Assembly: GCA_002633005.1 (NCBI GenBank)
Contig: NMRA01001019.1
Span: 1 to 64,000 of the forward strand
Reading direction: 5' to 3'
DNA: 64,000 nt
Origin: Phoronis australis
Lineage: Eukaryota; Animalia; Phoronida
Shown here: piece after piece, positions 27,101-37,200 of the stretch
Layout: each line of letters starts with the position of its first letter
Position numbering within the stretch: position 1 is the stretch's first letter
Translations under genes and position numbers: made by a program
Notes under the pieces: model-generated
What the model was told of the DNA's origin: nothing
The model's database searches: none
Seen by the model: only the letters and a program-made list of their open reading frames with translations

Positions 27101-30100
27101 AACATCAAATTTTAACACTTTTAACATGAAACTGACATCTCCGCGCATGATCGCATTAGTTTAATACTGCTGTCATTCCTAAATACGATAGACGTGTTCT
27201 CCGCACAAAACGAAAATTCTTCCAAGGTGACATTGCTTAACTAATGGAGCAACTGAGTTAGACAGTATCTAAACTTCAAAAAGCTAAAACGTAGTGAATG
27301 AAATTCCACTACACAGAATCAAAAGCTTTATCAAAGTCTGCCAACACTTATGAACCTGGAATGTTATGGGTGCCCGTGTAGTTCATGTTTTTTAATATTT
27401 ATTCAATATTGGATGTGACCGGGAGCCACCATCGCTGGCAAACAAAACGAAGTTCTTTTCCAAATTATCTGGTCAAAACAATTTGCGAAAATGAAATTTA
27501 ATATGCAATTAAAATACAGCCATTGATATTGCCTTTAGTACAGTTTAAACTGATTAAAATCATTTTCTCAGTAAATTTGTTTTGTATCTTATCGCCTATT
27601 TTTTCCAAAGCAAAATTATCTAAAATCAAAATTAAGTTAAACATGTCGAACGCTGGGTAATGAACCCTGGAGCTTTCAAATGATGTGTTTATTTTTGACG
27701 CAACAAAACTTTTGGAATTCGGGACTGGTCCGATAAGGATATTCTTCGTATAATTGTCCTAGTACTCACCATGCAAGAACTTCAAGTTCGACACCCTTCG
27801 AGGCTTCATTTTCTAAACACCAGTCAACGTTTGAGCTCCGCAACGGTACAGACTTCAAACATCTAGTGTGACATTTCCTGTAACGTCTGTGGCTGTCAGA
27901 TTTTCTTTGATTATCTTTCTTGATTCAGTTCACGCACTGCAGACATTTTACTCGTTAAGTGGATCAATCCCAGCACGCAACGCTTCAACTGTTCCCTGAT
28001 ATGTCCACTATTTTGTGCTCACGTACATGCATACATTCATGCAAACGTACATACGTACACACCTGTATTTTTATATACATATATTCATACATTCATGCAC
28101 ACACGCGCGCGCGCGCGCGCACACACACACACACGCACACACACATACACGCGCGCATACATACATTCATACATACATATGTGCATAGAGCTACACATAC
28201 ATACATGCAAACTTACATGCATACATACAATCTTACATACATTCATACATACATACATCAATATTGATACATCGGACTATATTCACACATACATTCATAC
28301 AAATATATACTGGCCTATTCATCTTTAGACTTGATTTTGCAAGCTCACTTTTACAGGTGGAATCATTTCTGTGCTAATAGTGTTAGCTACCCCAAGAAGA
28401 ACGCCCTCCTTGATCCTGTAAACTATAACAAACCGTGGATTTAGTGTGAACGTTTTCTTCAGTCTTCCGTCCGCGAAACGTCAGATATTTTTCCTCATGT
28501 ATATGGTTTGTTTACCAATAGGATTCACGGTGTCTGCGTAAAAGTTTCCTCCTCAGTAACCTATGAATTGATGGACCGCGGCTTGACAAATGCTGAATTA
28601 ACAGGCGTCACTGCCCGTGAATTGGTCGACTTGATAGACGGACACATTGGGGCAGGTTATCAAGTAACGACCGAGGAAGAACTTGGTAAGTAGTATTGTC
28701 GAAGGGCTATATTGTCACAAACCCAGAGTCGTAGGAAGCTTAAAGAGGTACACTACTTGCAATAATTCTCAGTCAGGGATGAAACCTTGATGGCGACTTG
28801 GAGCGTTTATGAAGACCAAAGCCAACAATGGTGGTGAGTGGGGACATTTGTCTGTTCTTCCCAAAAAATCTTACCTTCCCACTGCCCTGGAACCCAACAA
28901 TGAATTGCTCTATGCCTAGACGTAGGACGCGAGGGCAGCACCCCATTCCACTGGCAACCTTTAAATCCAACCGAGACATGGAACCTGTGGCCTTTACTTT
29001 AGTGTACGGAAATCGCGTACTTGCTCACAAAAAATTACAGTTGGCCGAGAAGCACTGCAGCATGTTATTCAAATATAACCCCGTAGCCTCATAGTCGGAA
29101 ACGTTGCATTTTATGCGCCCATGTATGTCTGTATGTGCGTGTGTACTTTGCGCCCCGCCAATAATTTTTGCCTTCCTACGGGCCTGTGTTGTGATATGTT
29201 ATTTTACTATATGAGAATTTAAGACAACTTGTGACGGACGGGCGTTCTATTTTATTCGGCTGCTAAAGTTGTGGTGCGATCTTTTACGTCGGCCCTCGGC
29301 GCCGTGAAATGTTGCGTCACCTATTGGACAATTTCTTTTGTCACCATTTCCTCCATGAATTGTTCTTCCTCCAAGAGGGTGCGTACTTGTCACATCTAAT
29401 CAATCAACAATGTCACTCGAAAGTCAAAATAATATTTTTGTTTTTTCATTTTGGAGTTATTTTTGGAAAAACTATTCAATGATCTGAAATTAACTAAAAA
29501 TTCACCGAGATAACAACGTGTTGACAGTCTAGATTATGTTGAAATTCGACCACAGACAAGTTGTACGAGTTTTATAGATAAAAATCAAATAATAAAGTCA
29601 ATATTATATAAGTTACGTTTTGTTGTTGACGGGTTTCCTGTCTGATCAATGGGGTTCCTGTTTTTAAGATCAGTGTTCGTGTTTTTTTTGGGCTGGTTAT
29701 ATGTTTTGAAGGTAGGGGAGCCTGTTTTCGACTCCAGGAAATCTGTTTTACACCGGGGTTCTTGTTTCGACGGAACACCCTGATTATGTTACGCGCAAGC
29801 TGTACTAGTGCAGACGTTCAGCTCATGTGAAGGCGTGCATGCATACGTCGGCCAGTCTCACCAATTCACATTCAGGAATATTTATCCGCTATGCACGTTT
29901 CATTTTCAACAAAGGTTTCTACCCTCTGACACAGAGCCACCTATACCGAAAAGTTGTCCTGGGGAAACATGATGAACGATGCATGGAATATCGTGTGTGA
30001 GCATCAATGCGCTAACCTTCAGTGGTCGGAAGTATACCGATCACAACGCCACCATTTGCACGCACCTTTATGCACTGTACTTGTTTGGGCTAAAGCCACT

Positions 30101-33100
30101 GGATCGGGATTCCCTTGATTTTCTTTAAATAAATTACAACTTTTCAAGTCAAAGGTGGTCGCCATACTAAGTAACAGTAAGGGATTTCCAAAATTTCAAC
30201 CAATGGGAATGACTGAATGTTATGTTGTCGGTTTCATGACTTTAACCAATGAGAAGCCATGTTAAACAACATTCGACAGTGCTATCTTTCGTAGCACTGT
30301 GAAAGAGGTTTCAAGCTATGTTTTACATTATTTTGGAGTTCAACGGAGTATAGTTTTCTTTGGCGTACAACATGTCAGGAATAAAATTTCGGTGCCGAGC
30401 TCTGCGTCTGTTTATAACTTTAATAACAACTTCAAATCAAAAGAAAACATGTCAACCTACACAGAAAGTGGCACTGCTTTTAAGTGGCAGAAAACTAAGT
30501 GGGCTACTATCCCGTTCACTATAAGCAAGCGGTTTTTTGCGTAAAAGAGACGTAAACACAGCTAGATGTGGCCATCGATTCACGTCCAACTTGCTAATGT
30601 TTATTTTAAAAAAAATGTGATTGAGCGTTGTCTTTATCCCTAGCCAATGTATTAGAGCGTTTTCAATGACTGCCAATCAGAAAATTGAAAATTCGAAAGA
30701 AAACATAAATGAAGCGAGATTTTACATACGTTCCTTCACATCGCTCTCTTATAGTGACACCAGACTGAAATGTCTGTTCTGGAAACCACAGCGATCATGG
30801 TGTTTTGAACCTTCACACCGTATCGGAGAATGGAACCCTTTGTCAAACAATGTTCTTGCTGTGCCAAAATAGTGTTGAGTGGACGCAATTTGTTCAATCG
30901 GACTTCAGAGGGCGCGCATACATTGATGTAAGCTGAGAAATCAACGTTTCATTATTGTCTGCAGCGGGTAAAAGGCCGACCAGTCTTCGACAAACGTACG
31001 CCTTCTTGCAGGGTATAAATTATAGGAACAACCCTTCCTTCGTACACTCCGTTATGACCTCTCCTTACAACAGTACATACACAATACAACATTTCCAGTT
31101 TTTAAATCGTCACGCTGCATAGCGTTTGCAATAAGAGGCTGCGTTGGATTTGACATTGATATTGCCTTTGGCTAAAGCGACGGGCTTTATGGATAATACA
31201 GATTTTTCCCGGTGCTTCGCCATTTGGCACTGACAAGGTTTTCCTCAATGGGAAGGGATACGTTTTTAGCGTTATTTTGATTAAACTAGGGTTTTCCAGT
31301 TATCCAAGATAAATTTATTTTTAATTCACTGAATCCCTGGTGTTTTAATTAATTATGGATGCGCCACTGCGGAGGTGGTATCCGGGGCCCGAATAATTCC
31401 TCGCCACCCTTATTTACATGCACTCCAGACTGTGTTTGTAAGTCAACTTGTGACCAGTTACGTCGTTATTATCCATTTTCTGTTACACGCAGTGTGAGTT
31501 CCTGAAGAGTATAGCCCGACGTCCTGCTTCACTGATTTCCAGTTCGTTTTTTGTCAATAAAGAAGTGTTGCTCGATCGCACCACACCTTAAGTGAAGCAA
31601 AGCGAACGTGCTTTAATGGCAGATCCCGAAAGAGACATTTACGCTGAGATCAAGGAGGCACCTGCTAAACATGTTTTAAAGAATAATGCCATGCCGTCGG
31701 TATTTCCTTCCTCTGCTCCGTCTCCACCTGCGTCAATTGCTCTTTTGAAACTCAAGCATCGCGAGCTGAAGTCACTGTGACGCATGTACAGTTCATAACC
31801 CAGGGAATTCAATTAACTTGAAACGTTACTTAGGATAATTGGAAAATTGAAATTTAACTAAAATGACACTAAAAACGATTGCTTTTCCCTTAAGTTAACG
31901 TTTTTCTTTTCACTTTTACGTGTTTCCTTGACGTAAGCGGGCTTCAATTAGTACATGATTCTGCACTTCGAGAATCAACATACTTTGAGTGTGACGATAT
32001 TGAACTAAACAACCACGAAACAATAATTCAGTAAACCGAAGTGAACCTCGATATCCCTTTTAGTTATACCAGGTTAATAGCAAGTCTTAAATACGCCAAA
32101 TATTCTTCAAACTGAATGCGCGCCATAGTTATCCCATAATTTATGAATTCTATCCCATTCTTCAGCGTTCCAAGCTCACTGACCTCTATTACTTCAGAGG
32201 CCGCCATTCTACTGGGTAACGCTAGTGAGGTCTCGCCGACACCGCGTCGCAAAATAGTCGCAAAACAGTCGCCTTTCACTCGCGTGATTCTTACGACTAG
32301 AAGTTTTTCGTAACATTTCTCGCAAGAACTTGGGTCTATGGAACGACACTTAGATGTCTTATCCAATTGTCTTGAATGAACAGGTGGAGATTGTTTTACA
32401 CCCAGTTGTAGATGCACGCACTTTGCCGTATTCTGCGATAGATTTTTCGTTACTTTTGCTTGGGATTATTGTATTTTTTCCCGGCAGTCCAATTATTACA
32501 CTAGAATATAACACAGTTAATGTGTTCAAATTTAGGCATCGTCAAGGACTTGATCATTACTGCGTAAGTCAACACTAGATTAGAGCTTCGTCTTTCGTGA
32601 AACTGGTACTTGACAGCTGAGTAGTTTATAGAAATTTCCCCAGTAACTAGCTAGTAGTGATGTGCATATTCTAATAAATTTTGCACCTTTTCTCAAGCTA
32701 AATTTGAACTTGTGGGGAGAGAAAGGATAAGTTAATGGTTAAAGTCTTTTAAAGCTCAAATGTAACTACTCTCCACGAAACACACCCCTGGTGTCTATTT
32801 TTAGATTTTTACGCAAAAGTTGCCAGTGAGACAGGTATTGTGCTAGATACGACCTACACTGGCAAGACTGTGATCGCCATGTTTAGGGAGATGGAGAACA
32901 ACCCTGAGAGGTTCAAAGGGAAACGGGTCCTTTTTATGCATACAGGTAAGTCAGATTAACCCAATTTCTTCTATTTTAGTGTTATAAAATTCTAATAATA
33001 ATTTTTGCTCGTATATTATGTGTTGTGACCAGTGAGAGTAAAACTTTTATTTAAGCTGCATTTCGCTGTCTAAGAATGAAAATCGAGCTGGGCCATTTAC

Positions 33101-33491
33101 TCATAAAATCAGTCAGATAACATGCCTTGCCGTGGTAGGATTCTATTTCAAAACCAACAAGAACATCCAAACCAGCTGGGGTAGGCAATCCTAAAATTGT
33201 GCATTTGAAAATGGCGTATGTGTGTATTGTCAGCTCATTCGACAACAGGTCGAGATAGGACAAGAGTGGGATTGTTAAAAACACAAAGCCCTCCGTTTAA
33301 GAATTCAACAATGCCAATTACACATTGGCGAAATGCAGCCTTAACATTTCATCATTTCTGTTTCCTTTGCAGGAGGTTCATTTTCCCTTCAAAACGGTTG
33401 TATGGATGGCGTGTTAAAGAAAAAGGGTTCATCGGGAAACAAGTGCTGCATGTGGGAAGACATAGAAAGCAGTTGCCTCATGAGCAACTGA
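6037..33491 (+). CDS. Copy A: D-cysteine desulfhydrase/ACC deaminase-family PLP-dependent enzyme, 9 coding exons (6037-6120, 7425-7535, 13621-13779, 14568-14704, 16049-16148, 17074-17174, 28522-28685, 32805-32945, 33373-33491), 371 aa
   Basis: Manual splicing gives an uninterrupted 1116-nt ORF with GT-AG introns and consistent phases. Motifs: TPIH, IKRDDLTGCTLTGNK (PLP Lys), SNxCRATA, FDDIVVA, GxGY, ETGIVLDTTYTGK, VLFMHTGG. An in-frame TAA lies just upstream of the ATG. Confidence 0.92.
7425..7535 (+). CDS. Copy A coding exon 2 (LALSNTPIHSW...KRDDLTGCTLTGNK), contains the PLP-binding lysine
   Basis: Acceptor ttgtag, donor gtacag, KRDD..GNK family motif. Confidence 0.92.
10391..11693 (+). mobile_element. 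Kolobok-like non-autonomous DNA transposon with a degenerate THAP domain
   Basis: TTAA on both sides; TIR AGGAGAATGTCAGCC / GGGTGGCATTCTCCT; frameshifted MVWCIVAGCAN...FP...KW...VCGRHF (THAP C2CH) at ~10542-10750. Confidence 0.8.
11698..13091. mobile_element. Second TTAA-flanked non-autonomous TIR element (Kolobok-like)
   Basis: Perfect 13-bp TIR AGTCCTTCTCTCA / TGAGAGAAGGACT; TTAA at 11694-11697 and 13092-13095. Confidence 0.78.
13621..13779 (+). CDS. Copy A coding exon 3 (VRMLEFVFADA...SNSCRATAVIAAQLGLSCHLLLRSKAT)
   Basis: Acceptor atttag, donor gtaaga; continues GNK-VR in phase. Confidence 0.92.
14568..14704 (+). CDS. Copy A coding exon 4 (CEQDLSDRGNLLLSRMCGAHVYL...)
   Basis: Acceptor ttttag, donor gtaagt; GNLLL.R..GA family motif. 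Confidence 0.9.
15078..15294. mobile_element. Short AT-rich MITE (GGGTCCCGTTCCA...TGGAACGGGCCCC)
   Basis: TIRs; homologous copy in copy B at ~61020-61272, so it predates the duplication. Confidence 0.6.
16049..16148 (+). CDS. Copy A coding exon 5 (KNTGEKTYIFSASC...GYIRAFQEMMKQ)
   Basis: Acceptor tttcag, donor gtatgg; 100 nt, same length as in copy B. Confidence 0.88.
17074..17174 (+). CDS. Copy A coding exon 6 (GLLEDFDDIVVATSSGTTACGLGVANYLTGSRLK)
   Basis: Acceptor acgcag, donor gtaagt; PLP phosphate-loop region. Confidence 0.92.
17255..17600. repeat. Long imperfect palindrome (foldback MITE)
   Basis: taggaattccacg..gcttcactt.agccgtc.. is mirrored by gacggct.aagtgaagc..cgtggaattccta; absent after exon 6 in copy B. 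Confidence 0.75.
19820..21310 (-). mobile_element. Degenerate LINE (CR1/L2-group) reverse transcriptase fragment
   Basis: FVDMERAFD, QGDPLSPTLF, LLYADD, YKYLGV and C-terminal C-x2-C...H...C motifs, with frameshifts. Confidence 0.88.
22346..22444. repeat. ~100-bp hairpin/palindrome
   Basis: ttatctagagccc..gtggattttgg.gaattatc mirrored by gataattc.ccaaaatccac..gggctctagataa. Confidence 0.75.
23490..26530. repeat. Diverged direct duplicate of ~18808-22340
   Basis: Colinear near-identical sequence starting right after the single N at 23489. Confidence 0.9.
24700..25560 (-). mobile_element. LINE RT fragment (duplicate copy) joined to a LINE-type 3' end
   Basis: LLYADD and QGDSLSP ORFs; 24720-24815 resembles the LINE 3' end at 46505-46610. 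Confidence 0.82.
28020..28305. repeat. Compound (CATA)n/(CA)n/(CG)n microsatellite
   Basis: Direct reading. Confidence 0.9.
28522..28685 (+). CDS. Copy A coding exon 7 (IHGVCVK...GHIGAGYQVTTEEEL)
   Basis: Acceptor caatag, donor gtaagt; GxGY motif; phases fit after an 11.3-kb intron. Confidence 0.88.
31249..31890 (+). mobile_element. TIR element (probably TTAA-targeting) with a THAP C-terminal remnant
   Basis: Long inverted ends (GGGAAGGGATACGTTTTTAG / CTAAAAACGATTGCTTTTCCC); ERDIYAEI...LKNNAMPSVF resembles the THAP AVPTIF box; same family at 58529-60451 and right end at ~14240-14402. Confidence 0.6.
32805..32945 (+). CDS. Copy A coding exon 8 (FYAKVASETGIVLDTTYTGK...RVLFMHT)
   Basis: Acceptor ttttag, donor gtaagt; LDxxYTGK and HTG motifs. 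Confidence 0.92.
33373..33491 (+). CDS. Copy A terminal coding exon 9 (GSFSLQNG...CLMSN*)
   Basis: Acceptor ttgcag completes HTGG; TGA at 33489-33491. Confidence 0.85.
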
Positions 33492-33895
33492 ATTGAGAGA
33501 ACAAGGATCAGTTGTTGGCATGGAATAACTTGAGTAAAACATTTCCATGTTCGTGGGCTATTAAAATATGAGTAGAGGATACTTAGCGAAGTCTTTTGGC
33601 GAAAAAATCATATCATGTGAGTTTGCAAGAACATGTCATAATGAAAAAGAACTGGACTTTTCCGAAAATTGACATGACTGATCTGTGTGACGCAGAAGTT
33701 CAGGTCTCCAGCTCAGTCACTGCACAGCAATGAAACATTGTTACAGCTATTTGTTCTATAAATGCTGCACTCCGAGGTATCCTTGGTAACCCTCATGGGT
33801 ATCTTGTCTACAGTTACTTATCGCCGGAAGTGGTGGTAACTGTTGATTGAAAATATACTGAAAGAAGAACGCCCAAAAATTCACACTTACCTATC

Positions 33896-33901
33896 AATAA
33901 A
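33896..33901 (+). terminator. Candidate polyadenylation signal AATAAA of copy A
   Basis: AATAAA about 400 nt after the stop, followed by T-rich sequence. Confidence 0.45.
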
Positions 33902-34181
33902 TGTTTCCTTGTTTGAAGTACTTTCATCCTTTATTCTTGCTATTCAATTCTATTACCAGAGCAATTAACTTAGCCACATGGTAAAAAAATTCCCTGAAAA
34001 GACATGTTTTTACACCCAAGGTTACATTTTTGTGTTTAGGGGACCTGTAACACTGAAAGGGAGGTACCTGCAATTTTAGCAATGCATTTTCATTCTTCAC
34101 ATATTCCTGTTTCCGTAAATATAATTTACTTTATTTTATCATTCAGATCCATTACAGGGCGATGACGCCTTCGGCATCCAC

Positions 34182-34262
34182 ATGTACTATGTCGCCTGCA
34201 ATAATACAATGTACTATGTCGTCTGCAATAATACAATATACTATGTCGTCTGCAATAATACA
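34182..34262. repeat. 27-bp minisatellite, 3 copies
   Basis: atgtactatgtcg(c/t)ctgcaataataca repeated three times. Confidence 0.9.
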
Positions 34263-37200
34263 AATTTGGTCTCACACTCTCACACCACCATAAGTGAATA
34301 TAATTATTAGCGCGTCACAGCCTAGAAATAATTCATACACATTATCTCAGTAACTAGCAGTTATGGGTGTACTCTAAGATACTTTGTACCTATGCTTTTG
34401 CTAAAGTGGGTTTCAATTATTCTCCAGAAGTTGTTATGCAGAGCCTAAGATCAAACTTTTAACTTCAGATTTAAGTCACTTTTCATGAAACAGACACCCG
34501 GACTCATTTGTAGGCCAATCGGAATGTATATGAGCGGCAGTCTAGGTATTCCGACAGCATTGGAAATACATATGATCCTTTTTAACATCTAAGTAGAATC
34601 AATCAGCAAGCAGAATACATTCGATGTGTATTCTTGTTCATTCAAGACGGATTCGGAACATTCTGACACCATAAAGAGTGACTTGTCATTCCTTTTTACT
34701 TGTACGTCACCAAAATGTTTCTATTCCTATTATAATGCAGTTAGAATGTTGAAAATGCATTCAACGTAAGGCACGACTATTTTTAACTTCTAAACCATTC
34801 ATCACGGCTACAAGCAAGTGACCAGTGACATGTCTTCATCCACACGGAAAAGTTTTAAAACACATTTCGAATATCATAGAATATGCGAAAATTTTTCATT
34901 CCAATGGCATTCCGGCTGACTAACTCTTCTGTGTACAGAGTTTAAAATAAGTAACCTACTTGAGTTTCAAGACTCGCCCTTATACACTGTATTCACGCAA
35001 TCACCATTTTAAAAGTGAGCCTCTTTTTACGTTTTAAAAACAATGCATTTTTTGCGCTTAAATACAGAGCAAAGCGTATTTTTTCGCGTGCGTCGTTATA
35101 TTTATGTCCTGATCGGACTGTTCTGTTTTTAAACATAAAAGGAGGCTCACTACCAAACGGCGACTGCGTGAATGAGGCCTATTGTCTTTGTCCGAACGAG
35201 CTCATGCGCAACGCTGGAATATTTAAGAAACGAGATCACTTTACGTAGTGTTCTTCCAGCGAAAGATTACGTCATTCAGTACCTTTGAAACCTCTTACAA
35301 AAACGACACGTTTCAAATAGACGAGGGGTCTACGTCTTATTGGCTGAGTTGTTTGATGACAAATTCACATTAGAAGCAGGCAATCATGCCAAAAGATTCT
35401 TTGTTGAAACTTAGGGTGGTGGCTAAGCACCGTTGCCAAAGTAACCATTAGTTGGTCAGTCAAACTTAGCAGTTTCAAGTTTAAAGGCAAACTTTTGTTA
35501 GAAACAAGGAACCGTGCCAAGAGTTCTGAAATTGACTGTTTAAGGAAACTTAGGAGTGCTGTTAAGCTGCGGAATTAGTTATACTACCGAGGTAACCACG
35601 ATAAAGATCACCAATTTTATAGACCGACAACCCAGAGCCCTTAGCATAGATGAACGAGGTACCAACATCTGACCATAGGAGCACTTAGAGTCCACCTCAA
35701 TGTATACGGAAATGGACCTCTGCTGTTTTCTGCACTGGATTCCTTAAAAGGGGGCTAAAAATAAGCCAGATTAGATATTTGAGGTATCGGCCAATACTGA
35801 TTTAAAACGGACAATAGATCGCACTTAACACGGAATAACCCATGAAAGACAAACTGCACTCTGGAATGTGTCGGCCAGAAACTCAAAAAGGACCCCCAAA
35901 AATGAGCTAGCTCATACAATCGAGGTACCAAAAAACCAATTCCATGTGGTTCAATACATGTCACTGATCACTAAATGCCCCTCGACAAACACAATACACT
36001 CTGTATTATGCCAGAAATCCATAAAAATCTCAACCACGGCATGGCATTGGCGTATCGGCTGACTTGAAACCAACAATCGTGTCGCAGTGAACGTCAGATG
36101 AGCCATGACAGGCAAACTGTCCTCTGGAAACGGTCCTACAAAATCTCTAAATCAACGCCCACGAAAGAGTTACCTCATATATTCGAGGTACTGCAATAAA
36201 CAATTCCATGTGATTCAAATAGAAGTTAATTGTTACTAACATATATCGTATGGCTTATTGAATCCCGTATTTACACATCAACAGGGATCAAATTGTTGTA
36301 TGACAGTAATTTATCATGGAAAGGGTTAGAGAAGCTACGTACTAGTGTCCCTGGCACGTGCGTGTGTAAGTGATGACCCCGTCGATAACATCTCTTTCTC
36401 GGGCAGAATATCACAACAAATGAAGTGAACGTGCCACAGTTGAACTCCAGGTCACTGAATGGACTCTCTACTGACTAGATTGTGGGAAGTGAACTACTTG
36501 ATGCACAGGTTTTAGTGCGCAATATCAGTAAGATAATGGAATATCGACATAATATTCTGTGCCTTTACACAACTTTCAGTCATAGGGTATTATTTTGCTA
36601 GGGTGTGATAATAGACTGGCTTGTTTAAAACCAAAACTCTACTCTGTTACACCTGACATCATCTTGCGTGATCTCTTCTCCGCAGTTGCAGGAGACTAAC
36701 GTCAATGAACACTCTTCAGTTACCAGACTGTATCATTATACTTCACCTGGTGTTTGTTGGGCAAATATCCGCCGAATACAACAGTAGTGAACAAAATGAG
36801 CCTGTGACGTCAAACTTTTTCAATCATGGCCTGCAAGGTGACCAACCAGGACAGATCATAACCCAAGTCTGACAGGGAAATGGGTTGTCAATCACAAATG
36901 TTAAAATGGAATCTTGTAAAAAGAATAAAATGAAACTTAATCATTTTCAAGTAATTCCCAGTACCAAATTTACCATTTACCCCTGCAAAATATTACTATA
37001 TTGCTGATAAGTGCTCAGTGAAAATTACAGACATCTTTGATGATAACTGTAGTATTAAAAGGGGCAAGAGCTTTGCAGAGTGGTTTCATGCAATAAATGT
37101 TCTCTCTCGTGTCATATCATGACTTGAATTGAAAAACCTACATGAACATTTCACTTTCCATAGAGCAGGATGACAAGTGCCTAAGATTAACAAAGAGTCT

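Noticed and set aside
27959-28328. His/Thr-rich ORFs
   Set aside because: Translations of the (CATA)/(CA) microsatellite
6037-33491. Recent bacterial horizontal transfer or contamination of dcyD/acdS
   Set aside because: Eight spliceosomal introns and host-type TEs show long residence in a eukaryotic genome; deep origin cannot be judged without a phylogeny
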